Source: Candidatus Latescibacterota bacterium
GTDB lineage: Bacteria; Latescibacterota; UBA2968; UBA8231
Assembly (NCBI GenBank): GCA_965217585.1
Contig: OZ244561.1
Coordinates: forward strand, 2,784,001-2,848,000
Length of the DNA stretch: 64,000 bases
Reading direction: 5' to 3'
A model generated the notes under the pieces. That model searched no databases. It saw nothing but the letters and a program-made list of their open reading frames with translations, and was not told where the DNA came from. This document shows, piece after piece, positions 50,821 to 60,816 of the stretch; position 1 is the stretch's first letter; every line of letters begins with the position of its first letter. The position numbers and the translations under genes were made by a program.

Positions 50821-50912
50821 GCCGAGCTAGGCCGCGCTTGCTGGCCCCGTGCGCTTGCTTTGAGAATCCAATGTGACTACAATTATCTCAATGTAGTTAC
50901 AAGGAGATCGCA

Positions 50913-51179
50913 ATGAACGCATCCGTACGCGACCTGAAGAGCAGGTTGTCGCGCTACCTTCAGCAAGTCCAGCGGGGAGAGACGGTCGTCGTAACTTCGA
51001 GGGGGAAGCCCATCGCCCGCCTCGTGCCGCTGCCGTCCCTCCCGTTGGAAGAGCGGCTGGCAACCTTGCCGGGGGTCAATGCCGGGACGGGGGAAAAACC
51101 GAGAGGTGCGACGCACCCCGTGCGCGTCAAACCCGGAGAGAAAAGCGTTGCGGACATCGTGGTGGAAGAGCGACGGTGA
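50913..51179 (+). CDS. Phd/YefM antitoxin
   Basis: SVRDLKSRLSRYL..V..GE.VVVT.RGKPIARLVP. Confidence 0.9.
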   Translation: MNASVRDLKSRLSRYLQQVQRGETVVVTSRGKPIARLVPLPSLPLEERLATLPGVNAGTGEKPRGATHPVRVKPGEKSVADIVVEERR

Positions 51180-51676
51180 TCCTCTTTCTCGACACATCGG
51201 CTCTCGTCAAGCTGTACGTCGAGGAGGCCGACTCCGATACGGTGCGTGGCTGGGTGGATGTGGCCGAGGAAATCGCCTGCCAATGGCTCGCATACGTGGA
51301 GGCGCGATCCGCTTTGGCTGCCAAACGGCGTTTGGGCGACCTGTCCGATGCAGAGTTGGCGGGATGCAAGAAGGAGCTGGAGCAGGATTGGGAGCGATAT
51401 CACCGTGTCGCGGTCACCCAGACCCTGCTGCGACGAGCCGGTGCTCTGAGCGAGCAACTCGGCGTACGCGCCTATGACAGTGTTCACCTTGCGGGGGCTG
51501 AGTATCTGCAATCCTCGCTAGGAGTGCCGATAACCTTCGGGTCCTTCGACCGCCGACAGGTCGATGCTGCCGCCCGGCTTGGAATGCCCATCGCACCGGT
51601 CGATGACGATCCGGACAAGGGCGAAGGCAATAGCCAAACCCTAACTAGCCCCCCAACAAAAGGACAACTCCCATGA
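51176..51676 (+). CDS. vapC: VapC PIN toxin
   Basis: FLDTSALVKLY..E and RAYDSVHLA motifs. Confidence 0.9.
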   Translation: MILFLDTSALVKLYVEEADSDTVRGWVDVAEEIACQWLAYVEARSALAAKRRLGDLSDAELAGCKKELEQDWERYHRVAVTQTLLRRAGALSEQLGVRAYDSVHLAGAEYLQSSLGVPITFGSFDRRQVDAAARLGMPIAPVDDDPDKGEGNSQTLTSPPTKGQLP

Positions 51677-52527
51677 GCGGCCTCACCTCCGACCAACTCG
51701 ACTTCTACCGCACCGAAGGCTACCTCCTCGTCGAGGATGTCATCGACCCCGCTGTCTTCGACCTCCTTATCGCCGAAATCGACGCCATTGTCGATACCAC
51801 CGCTCAGCAGGCCCATGCTGCCGGCGAACTGTCCGATCTGCACGCGGACCTGCCCTTTGCCAAGCGCTTGGTCCACATCCACTCCCAGTTGGCCGACCCC
51901 GCCCCGCTGTTGGGCCAAGTCAACGGCAAACTCAAAACCGAGGGCATGTTCGCCATTTTGACCCAACCGGCGCTGCTCGACATTGTCGAATCCGTGATCG
52001 GCCCCGAAATACTGGCGCACCCGCAATTCAATCTGCGCGCCAAATTGCCCAACCAAGACGCCACTGTGGTGCCTTGGCATCAAGACCTGGGCTATTTACA
52101 GCCCGACGCCGAAGAGACCTTCATGGTCAATTTTTGGATTCCCTTGGTCGATGCCACTCCTGAAAATGGCTGCATGGAAGTCATTGCCGGCAGCAACCGC
52201 GCCCCGCTCATCGGCCACGAGCACGGCTTAGGTCCTGGTGCCAATTTCAAAGGCATCACCGATCAGTACCTGCCTCCCGGCGAGCAAGTTAGCTGCCCGG
52301 TCAAAGTCGGCGGCGTGTTGCTCATCCAGCACAAGACCATCCACCGCTCTATCCCCAACCACTCCGACCACATCCGCTGGAGCCTCGACCTGCGCTACAG
52401 CGACCCGGCTCAGCCCAGCGGCCGCGACGGCGTCCCCGGCTTTATCACCCGCAGCCAAGCTCACCCCGATTCAGTGGCCCAAAGCGTGGAGGAGTGGCTG
52501 GCCTTGTTCGAGACCGCTGTTCCATAA
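51673..52527 (+). CDS. PhyH family dioxygenase
   Basis: VPWHQD, WIPLVDATPENGC and HRSIPN motifs. Confidence 0.9.
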   Translation: MSGLTSDQLDFYRTEGYLLVEDVIDPAVFDLLIAEIDAIVDTTAQQAHAAGELSDLHADLPFAKRLVHIHSQLADPAPLLGQVNGKLKTEGMFAILTQPALLDIVESVIGPEILAHPQFNLRAKLPNQDATVVPWHQDLGYLQPDAEETFMVNFWIPLVDATPENGCMEVIAGSNRAPLIGHEHGLGPGANFKGITDQYLPPGEQVSCPVKVGGVLLIQHKTIHRSIPNHSDHIRWSLDLRYSDPAQPSGRDGVPGFITRSQAHPDSVAQSVEEWLALFETAVP

Positions 52528-52608
52528 TCGGAGTGCCAATAGGCTCCACTTGGCACTGGAGCAACTCACAGCGTCTTAAAGAAACCTCACTCCTTTTTGG
52601 AGAATCCC

Positions 52609-53748
52609 ATGCTCTACGATCTGCTTCTCAAAGGCGGCACCCTAGTCGATCCAGCCCAGCAACTGCACGCGGTGCTAGACGTGGCTTTCGCCGACGGCAA
52701 AGTCGCCGCGGTCGGGGCCGACCTGCCCGCGGCCCAGGTGCGCCAAACGCTCGATGTCGCGGGCTACTTGGTGACCCCCGGCCTCATTGACCTGCACGTC
52801 CACGTGTACTACGGGGTCAGCCATTTTGGCGTCGAGCCTGATCCCACTTGCTTGGCCCGGGGCGTCACCACCGCAGTCGATGCTGGCTCGGCTGGTGCCG
52901 ATACCTTCCCCGGCTTTCGCAAATTCATCATCGACGTCAGCGCCACCCGCATCTTGGCCCAGCTCAACATCTCCTCGCAGGGCATGTTGACGAACGAAAT
53001 CGGCGAGTTCGAGATTCCCGAGTACGCAGACGTGGACAAAGCCTGCCGCATGATCGAACAACACCGCGACCTCATCTTGGGAGTCAAGGTGCGGCTCACC
53101 CGCAACAGCATCGTCAGCGAGCGCTCGGGGATGCTCCCCCTGCATCGAGCCCGCGAGGCTGCGGATGCGGCCGGTCTGCCCATTATGGTCCACCCCCAAG
53201 ACGCTTGGTGCGACAGCCTCGATGATGTGCTGGCCGTTATGAAACAGGGCGACATCCTCACCCATTGCTTCCACGGCATGAAGTGCGGCATCCTCGACGA
53301 GGCCGGCCAAGTGCGCCCTGCGGTACACGAGGCTGTGGAGCGAGGCGTGCTCTTTGATGTGGGGCACGGCGCTGGTTCCTTCTCTTGGGAGGTGACCGAG
53401 ACCGCTCTCAGTGCCGGCCTTGCGCCGCATACCATTTCCTCAGACCTGCATGTGTACAACCTCAACGGGCCGGTATATGACTTGGTCAACGTCGTATCCA
53501 AATTCCTCCATTTGGGCATGGACCTCGACACCGCTCTGGCCAAAGTCACTGCCGTGCCGGCCCAAGTCATTGGGATGCCGGACGAGATCGGCACCCTAGC
53601 GGTAGGTGCCTGGGGCGATGCCGTAGTGCTCGATGTGCGCCAAGGTCAGTTCCAGTTGGCCGATTCAGGCGGGGAGATACGCACTGGCCAACAGCAATTG
53701 GAACCGCTAATTGTGGTAAAAGGCGGCCGAATCTACCGCCAGTATTGA
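52609..53748 (+). CDS. Amidohydrolase/deacetylase family metallohydrolase (dihydroorotase-like)
   Basis: PGLIDLHVH, GVTTAVDAGS, FDVGHG and TISSDLH motifs. Confidence 0.85.
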   Translation: MLYDLLLKGGTLVDPAQQLHAVLDVAFADGKVAAVGADLPAAQVRQTLDVAGYLVTPGLIDLHVHVYYGVSHFGVEPDPTCLARGVTTAVDAGSAGADTFPGFRKFIIDVSATRILAQLNISSQGMLTNEIGEFEIPEYADVDKACRMIEQHRDLILGVKVRLTRNSIVSERSGMLPLHRAREAADAAGLPIMVHPQDAWCDSLDDVLAVMKQGDILTHCFHGMKCGILDEAGQVRPAVHEAVERGVLFDVGHGAGSFSWEVTETALSAGLAPHTISSDLHVYNLNGPVYDLVNVVSKFLHLGMDLDTALAKVTAVPAQVIGMPDEIGTLAVGAWGDAVVLDVRQGQFQLADSGGEIRTGQQQLEPLIVVKGGRIYRQY

Positions 53749-53860
53749 GAGACTGCTCGGGCCGACGCGCATACACGAGTTCATCAAGACGTCGGCATGT
53801 GCCGAGCGCTCGCACCGCGCATCGTACCCCCACGCCCGTTCCTTGATTGGGATACAGACC

Positions 53861-55808
53861 ATGAGCGCGAGATACTCATTTTTGGCAGCACTCGTCGCTG
53901 CTGTGGGCGCATTCGCAGGAGAAGAGACGGACGAACGGAAGATATACGAACTCCAAGAGATCACGGTGACCGGCTCCCGCATCAAAAGCGCGGAGACGCT
54001 CGCGCCCGCGCCGATCGTCGTCCTCTCAGCCGAGGAAATCAGGGCGCAGGGCTTGGCCTCCATTGGGGACGTGCTGCAAACGCTCACCGTGCAGTCCAAT
54101 GCGATCAATACCCAAGCCAACAATGGCGGCGATGGCTCTACCCGCGTCAGTCTGCGCGGCCTCGGTGCCCATCGCACCCTCGTGTTGGTCAATGGCCGTC
54201 GCTTCGTGCCGGGCGGGACGGGCGCGAATTCATCCGTTGACTTAAACGCCATTCCCGCCTCCGTCATCGAGCGAGTCGAGGTGCTCAAAGACGGAGCCTC
54301 GGTCGTCTATGGCTCGGACGCCATCGGCGGCGTGGTCAACATCATTACCAAGACCGCGATAGAAGGAGTAGAGATTGACTATTACGCGGGGACTGCGGGC
54401 GCGGGCGACGGCGAAGTCTTGGACCTCAGCGTAACCACCGGCCTACAAAGCGAAAAAGGCCACGTCGCCTTTGCGGCTGGCTACCACAACCGGCGGCCGG
54501 TTTGGACCGGCGACCGGAGTTTTAGCACGGTCAATAAGAATTACGACTGGGAAAAAAACGACGGCTCCTACGGCAAAAACGGCAGCTCGGCGACTCCGGA
54601 AGGCCACATCATTGACCGTTTGGGCGACGAGGGCAACGAAGCTTGGCAGGCGGTGGTTGCCGCGGCTGGCGAGCAGGCCGGGGATTACCACCGCGACCCG
54701 GAGGTTGGCTGGCGTCCCTTTAACTGGTCGGGGATCTCCTCGGACGGCAGCGGCGATATATACAACTACGAGCCGGAAAACTACCTCTACACCCCGCAGA
54801 CGCGCTACAACTCCTTCCTCGCCGGCTCCTATACCCTAGCAGCGGCAGCAAAGACGTATTTCGAGGTATCGTACACCAATAGATTCTACAGTGGAACCTG
54901 ACGGGGGAGGCCGCGTCCTTGCCGGCCGGCCCACTCGCCGTGGCGGCCGGTTTGTCTTCGCGCTGGGAAGCTGGGGCCTATCTTCCCGACCCCATGACTG
55001 CGTCGGGCAATACCACCGGCAGTAAGGCGACGCCCACCGACGGCGCGTACTCGGTCAAGGCGTTGTACGCGGAGGCCCAACTACCTCTGTACAAAGCAGG
55101 AGACGTGGGCCTCGGCGCAATCGCCGCCGGACGCACCTTCCACTACGATACGTTCGGCTCGGGCTTTACCTACGAACTCGGTACTCGCCTCGAACTCCCC
55201 CAAGGGCTGGCCGTGCGCGCCACCTCTTCCAATGCTTTTCGCGCCCCCAGCATCGCGGAACTCTTCCTCGGCACTAGCGATTCCTTCCCCCTCGTCAGCG
55301 ATCCTTGCAGTGTGGTCGATGAAGGGGGCAATCCCCGCGTGTTGACCGATCAACAAAAGCGCCATTGCGCCGCGCAAGGCATCCCCGCCGATTTTGAGGA
55401 CTCCCAGTCCCAACTGCGAACGAAGTTGGGCGGCAGCACCGATCTCGATCCGGAAAAGGCCACCATGCTGACCGCCGGATTGGTGTATCAGCCGCGCTTT
55501 CTAAAGGGATTTGATGTTACATTGGCGGCTTTGAGGAATGCGAGGACGACGACTGCAAGGGCATGTACCGCTCGGACGTAGAAGAAGTACCTCCAAGCCG
55601 CAAGGTCGATCCGCACAGCCTTTTCAATGTGCGTGGATCGTACGAACTGGGGACGACCCTTGGGCATTCCACACTGACCATTGGGATCAACAACCTGCTC
55701 GACCAGCCGCCGGCGGTGATCTTCAATGGGTTCCTCGGCACTTCTGATGCCAGTACCTACGACTTTATGGGCCGCTACCTATACGTGCGCCTGTCCCACG
55801 CTCGATAG
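53861..55808 (+). pseudogene. TonB-dependent receptor with internal deletions and frameshifts
   Basis: Intact plug ([25 protein letters not shown]); barrel broken into three frames at about 54888 and 55519; ends GRYLYVRLSH. Confidence 0.8.
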
Positions 55809-55862
55809 GGCCTCACTTGTTGCGTTGGCCCTATCGAGACGGGGCAAGTGGACTGCTGACCG

Positions 55863-58514
55863 CTAATAGTCGTACGACAGTGAAAGGTGCCAGCGGCGTC
55901 CCAACCCGAGGAATACGTAAGCGCTTGCGGCGTCGTGGCTATTGCCGTCATCGGCATCGGACACGTAGCGTTCGTCGAGCAAATTGAAGACGTGCAGGCG
56001 CAGCTTCATATTGCTAAATGTGGCGCCGGGCAATGTGTACCCCGCGTGTAGATCCACCAGATTGTAATCTGGGAGTTTCCAGGACTGTGCTCGGTCGTCG
56101 GGATCGGTTCGGTTGGCGGGATCAAATTTGGCGTAGTGATCCATGAACCGCCGCAGACCCAGCGAGGCGTAGAGGCCGCGCGTGGGAAACACCGCACCGC
56201 TCAGGGCAAGGGTCTTTTGCGCCGCGTCGCCCACCTTTAGCCCTTTGGCATAGACTTGAAATTCGCCGATGGTCGATGGATCCTCTTCGGGTGAAAAGGT
56301 GGCATCGACATCGTTGAGCCATTCCCAATTGCCCAGCGACACCATGCCGCGCACCTCGAATTTGGCATGAGGCCGCGCCTTCAGATCGAACTCTACGCCC
56401 ATATGCTGCGCGTCAATGCCGTTCAGCAAAAATCGGAAGCTCTGTTCGAGCTCCTCGCTGTAAATGCTCTTAGGCCACGAGCGGTCTATCCAATTGGTGT
56501 AATAGAAGTTTGCATTTCCGGTAAACACGCCGCGTTTGAGATAACCGGCACCCAACTCAAAAGAAGCGACTTTTTCATTGAACGTGGGATCGTAGAGGCT
56601 GTTGTCGTAGTGGTAAACGGAGTCGAATATGGGCGCGGTTGAAAGCGAGCCTAAGTTGGCATACAGATTGATTGTGGGAGTGACGTTGTAGTTGCCACCC
56701 ACTTTCAGGGTGTAGCCTGGGAAGTTCTCCCACGCTGTCTGGTCCCAGTCGCCGTCGACCTTGGCGCGGAAATAGTCGATGCGCTTATAACCCGTTACCG
56801 ATCCCGATGTGCTCAAAAAGGCCGTAAAGTTGTTAAACTGCCCTTCGAGCTGTGCAAAGCCGCCACCCCAGCGCGTAAGACCATCGTTGTGGTAGGCAAC
56901 TCTGTCGCCGAGTCGCTTGATGGAGGTCGTGGCATTGTTATCCCAGTCAAAGACGTAGTAATCGGCACCGAGTAAATTGCGCACTTCGCGCCAATGCTGC
57001 CCTTTGTAATAGCGCAAATCCGTGCCAAAGGTCAGCTTGTAGATGTCGCTCAAACGGTATTCGGCCGTGCCCAAATACCCATACCAGAAATGCTGATTGA
57101 CCGAGTTGCGGACAATGGTCTGTGCCGCAATTTCATTGGCACCCACTTCGCCGGCAGCCACTAATGCGGAATCGGCTTGGGTATTCAACTCATCGGCCAC
57201 GCGTTGCCAGTTGATGCTACCATCGTCTAGCGTACCCGGATTGCTACCCAAACGCCCGGTGCCGCCGCCTTTCCCGCGCGAAAAATAGAATACATTGGAC
57301 AAAATGAATTGCGTGTTGGGGGTCCAGTACCAGTTCAAGTTGGCCTGGGGTTTGTGGTAATAATTTTCGCGCTCCATGATGATCGCGCTGTCGCGTGCAT
57401 CGTGGGTGTTGCCGTTGTAATACTCCTGATAGGACGAAAATGGCGAGCGCCCCCAGTTGGGATTGTAATTGACGCCGTAGTTTCTTGCGTCCGCAACGTC
57501 AATGCCTAGGGATTGGGCGTAATCGGCATCAAAGGTTGCAATGGATTGCTTGTAGAGACGGTGCCCGTGGCGCTGTGGTGCGCCGGTGACAAACAGATCA
57601 ATTTTGTGTGTGTCGGAGGCCAAAAAGCTCAACGCACCAAAATAGGCCCACGCTGAGGACCACGCCTGAGCGGGCAAGCCCTCGCCGCTTTTGCGCGCCA
57701 TGCCCAGCGTGAAAGCCGTTTTTTTATTTATCAAACCCGATGAAAAATTGAGCGTGGTTTTGTAAAAGGCGTTGTTCCCGGCTTCCTGTTTTATTTTCCA
57801 GCCGCGCTGTTGACGGGCAATATCGGTGATAATGTTCAGCGTGCCTCCCACCGAGGCAATCGCCAGATTGGAGGCCCCCAATCCGCGCTGCACCTGCATT
57901 GACGACGCGACATCGCTCAGCCCATCCCAGTTGGACCAATAGACCCAGCCGTTTTCCATATCGTTGACCGGTACGCCGTTGATCATGACGGCGACGTTGC
58001 GCTGGTCGAAGCCCCGCACATTGATGCGGGAGTCGCCGGCTCCCCCGCCCTGCGCGGTCGCATACACTCCCGGCGTATCATTTAAAATCAGCGGCAGATC
58101 GCGCGAGCCGAGTTTGCGCTGCATATCGGCTTTGAGCACATCGGAAAAAGCAACGGGTGTTTCGCGCAATTTGGCCCGATCGGCGACGATGATGATTTCT
58201 TTGCCGCGAAATATCTCGGGCATAAGCTCGACGAACAATTCGGCCGCATCCGCTCCGACGACAACGGGACTGCGATGTTCTTTGTAGCCCATAAAACTCA
58301 CGACGAGCGTGTGGCTGCCTGCGCCGACATTGGCGATTACAAATTGTCCATCGAGATCTGTAGAAGCTCCTCGCCTAGCACCTTCTATATATACGTTGGC
58401 ACCCGGCAGTGATTCGCCGGTCTCGGCATCGCGCACTGTGCCTTTTAACTCGGCGGCAGACAGAGCTGAATGGGCGAGGAATAAGAGAGAAAAAAGCGTG
58501 AGCATTGGCTTCAT
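55863..58514 (-). CDS. TonB-dependent receptor with carboxypeptidase-regulatory-like N-domain
   Basis: Signal peptide, GTVRDAETGESLPGANV, plug RINVRGF..INGVP, NLLDERY and terminal aromatic residue. Confidence 0.9.
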   Translation of the reverse strand: MKPMLTLFSLLFLAHSALSAAELKGTVRDAETGESLPGANVYIEGARRGASTDLDGQFVIANVGAGSHTLVVSFMGYKEHRSPVVVGADAAELFVELMPEIFRGKEIIIVADRAKLRETPVAFSDVLKADMQRKLGSRDLPLILNDTPGVYATAQGGGAGDSRINVRGFDQRNVAVMINGVPVNDMENGWVYWSNWDGLSDVASSMQVQRGLGASNLAIASVGGTLNIITDIARQQRGWKIKQEAGNNAFYKTTLNFSSGLINKKTAFTLGMARKSGEGLPAQAWSSAWAYFGALSFLASDTHKIDLFVTGAPQRHGHRLYKQSIATFDADYAQSLGIDVADARNYGVNYNPNWGRSPFSSYQEYYNGNTHDARDSAIIMERENYYHKPQANLNWYWTPNTQFILSNVFYFSRGKGGGTGRLGSNPGTLDDGSINWQRVADELNTQADSALVAAGEVGANEIAAQTIVRNSVNQHFWYGYLGTAEYRLSDIYKLTFGTDLRYYKGQHWREVRNLLGADYYVFDWDNNATTSIKRLGDRVAYHNDGLTRWGGGFAQLEGQFNNFTAFLSTSGSVTGYKRIDYFRAKVDGDWDQTAWENFPGYTLKVGGNYNVTPTINLYANLGSLSTAPIFDSVYHYDNSLYDPTFNEKVASFELGAGYLKRGVFTGNANFYYTNWIDRSWPKSIYSEELEQSFRFLLNGIDAQHMGVEFDLKARPHAKFEVRGMVSLGNWEWLNDVDATFSPEEDPSTIGEFQVYAKGLKVGDAAQKTLALSGAVFPTRGLYASLGLRRFMDHYAKFDPANRTDPDDRAQSWKLPDYNLVDLHAGYTLPGATFSNMKLRLHVFNLLDERYVSDADDGNSHDAASAYVFLGLGRRWHLSLSYDY

Positions 58515-58823
58515 AAGACACCTCCGTGGGGGGAATGGGGACGCAGCAGTGCGTTAGAGTATTAATGAGGTGATGATACTCTCCAATATTCTCGCTCTCG
58601 ATTGATGATATATAATTTTTATATAAAATTTAATTAATATATATTTAATTTAATGAATCGCTGGTGCTCCGTCAAGCTCCGTCGCCGTTCGGGGTAGCGA
58701 TACTGCCTAGCGACAGCATGCGTCGAGCGCTCACATCGCGTAGCGTCGCATGCTCGTTCCTTGATTGACTCTCGATCAGGCCCTTTATTTGCGCTATGCG
58801 AAACCATGATGGAGAGAAAGCCG

Positions 58824-59051
58824 ATGAACTGGCGAGACTACATTACCGTTGATCCCGAAATATGCCATGGGAGAGCCTGCTTCAAGGGCACCCGAGTATT
58901 GGTGTCCACGGTCCTCGACAACCTCGCGGCTGGATTGGATTCAGACGAAATCACGACAAGCTACCCGTCGATTTCCCATGAGTCCGTCCAAGCGGCGGTG
59001 GGCTATGCTGCGGAGTTGGCCAAGGACCGGGTAGTCTCGTTGTCTGGATAG
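58824..59051 (+). CDS. DUF433 antitoxin-like protein
   Basis: ITVDPEICHGRACFKGTRV.V..VL motif. Confidence 0.85.
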   Translation: MNWRDYITVDPEICHGRACFKGTRVLVSTVLDNLAAGLDSDEITTSYPSISHESVQAAVGYAAELAKDRVVSLSG

Positions 59052-59057
59052 GAGCTA

Positions 59058-59354
59058 ATGCGATTCAAACTAGACGAGAACTTGCCTCAACTTTTGGAAG
59101 ATAACGACGAAGAGGCCGTGAACATCTTTGAGACTGACTGGTATCGGAATGTCAAATCGAAGATGACGCCGGGTGACAATCTGAGGATCTACCGGGAGAA
59201 TCGCGGTTTGACTCAGGCCAAGTTGGGTGAGATGCTTGGCGATGTCCCTCGTCAGCATATCTCAAACATGGAGAGAGGGGTACGGTCGATTAGCTTAAAA
59301 ACAGCCCGGAAATTGGCCGCGCTATTTAAGGTATCCCCTGAGAAATTCATTTGA
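59058..59354 (+). CDS. XRE HTH protein with a DUF5615 (PIN-like) first decapeptide; chimera
   Basis: MRFKLDENLP start followed by TPGDNLRIYRENRGLTQAKLG...ISNMERG. Confidence 0.7.
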   Translation: MRFKLDENLPQLLEDNDEEAVNIFETDWYRNVKSKMTPGDNLRIYRENRGLTQAKLGEMLGDVPRQHISNMERGVRSISLKTARKLAALFKVSPEKFI

Positions 59355-59460
59355 ACACTGAAATTGTCGATACTCTCCAATATCCTCGCCCACCATCGAA
59401 ACGGTCCATTCGCAGTGAAGTAGAACTGCGAATGCTCTACGACCGTACTCGCTAATCCCC

Positions 59461-60816
59461 TCAAAACCGCAACGCGAACACCGTCCGCACTCCCGGTTCC
59501 GAGCGGGCGGAGATGGCCCCTCGGTGGAGCCGCATGATCTGGCGGCACAGGCTCAGCCCAATGCCGGAGCCATCCCGTTTGGTCGTAAAAAAGGGAATGA
59601 ACACCTTGCCGAGCGCTTCTTCGACGATGCCCGCCCCATTGTCCGCGACCTCGACGACGACCTTGTCGTGCGCCAGGTGCGCGGTCAAGTCAACGCGGCC
59701 CCCGGCGCGGCCGGCAGTAGCTTCGCGGGCATTGCTCAGTAGGTTGATGAGGATCTGCTCGACTTGCTCGGGGTCGGCGGTCAATTCGAGGCTGGGGGGA
59801 TTGACCTCGGTATGCAACTCGACCGCAGACTCGGCGAATTGGGACCGCATTAGCTGCTCCACTCGGGCGAATAGACCAGCCACCGGGACGATCTCAAAGG
59901 ACGGCGCTGGTACGCGAGTGAGGTCGCGGTAGGCTTCGACGAAGTGCAGCAGGCCCTCGCTGCGGCGCTGGATGGTGCTCACCGCGATGCGGATGTCTGC
60001 GGTGGTCTCGGCATCGAGGACATCGTCTTTTAGCATTCCGTCTGCGGTGGCGGCCAGCGAAGCAATGGGGGTGATGGAATTCATGATCTCGTGGGTGAGC
60101 ACGCGGATCAGGTTTTGCCAAGCCTCCATTTCTTTTTCGTCGAGGTCGGGGCCAATGTCGTGGAGGGCCACTAGGGTGTGCTGGCGGTCGCCTATATGGA
60201 ACACTGATGCGTGCAGGGCGAGTCGGACCTCTTCCAAACTCACTAGGTCGCGGCCTCGAGGACCGAGGCTTTGCAGGGTGGTGGTTAGGATGGGATTGAC
60301 GCGGTCTAGATCGGCGATGTGGCCCAAGCGGGGCACCCCCAAAAGGCGCTTGGCCGCGTTGTTGATCAGCGACACCTCGCCAGCGTTGTCGAACACAATC
60401 AAGCCGACGCCAATGTGCTGCACCACGGTTTGCAGGTAGCGCCCTTGTTCCTCCTTCTCGGCCCGCGCTTGGCGAAAGGCGTCGAGGACCTCGTTGAACG
60501 CGGTCTTGAGTTCGTCGAAAGAGGAGCCGAGGCCGCCGGTGACAAAGGTCTGCGAAAAGTCGGCGTAGCGGATGGCAGCCAAAAAACGCGCTAAATCGCG
60601 GTTGGTGCGCTCGACGTAGTGAACGAGGGAGTAGAGTTGGTAGAGCAGGACGAAGCCGACGACGATGGGGACGGCCGGATGGTTCATTCTTTCTACTACT
60701 ATTATATAGAACAGCAGCCACAAAGTGGCACCGAGGAAGGCGACGCGCAGCACGACCCGCGTGCGGAAAGCGCGGTACCCTTGTATTAGGCGATGTAGGA
60801 CTCCATCAGAGGCCAT
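59461..60816 (-). CDS. Sensor histidine kinase (NtrY-like, PAS)
   Basis: LTHEIMNS H-box, NLLSNA, DNGAG, PFFTTK and GSGIGL. Confidence 0.92.
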   Translation of the reverse strand: MASDGVLHRLIQGYRAFRTRVVLRVAFLGATLWLLFYIIVVERMNHPAVPIVVGFVLLYQLYSLVHYVERTNRDLARFLAAIRYADFSQTFVTGGLGSSFDELKTAFNEVLDAFRQARAEKEEQGRYLQTVVQHIGVGLIVFDNAGEVSLINNAAKRLLGVPRLGHIADLDRVNPILTTTLQSLGPRGRDLVSLEEVRLALHASVFHIGDRQHTLVALHDIGPDLDEKEMEAWQNLIRVLTHEIMNSITPIASLAATADGMLKDDVLDAETTADIRIAVSTIQRRSEGLLHFVEAYRDLTRVPAPSFEIVPVAGLFARVEQLMRSQFAESAVELHTEVNPPSLELTADPEQVEQILINLLSNAREATAGRAGGRVDLTAHLAHDKVVVEVADNGAGIVEEALGKVFIPFFTTKRDGSGIGLSLCRQIMRLHRGAISARSEPGVRTVFALRF

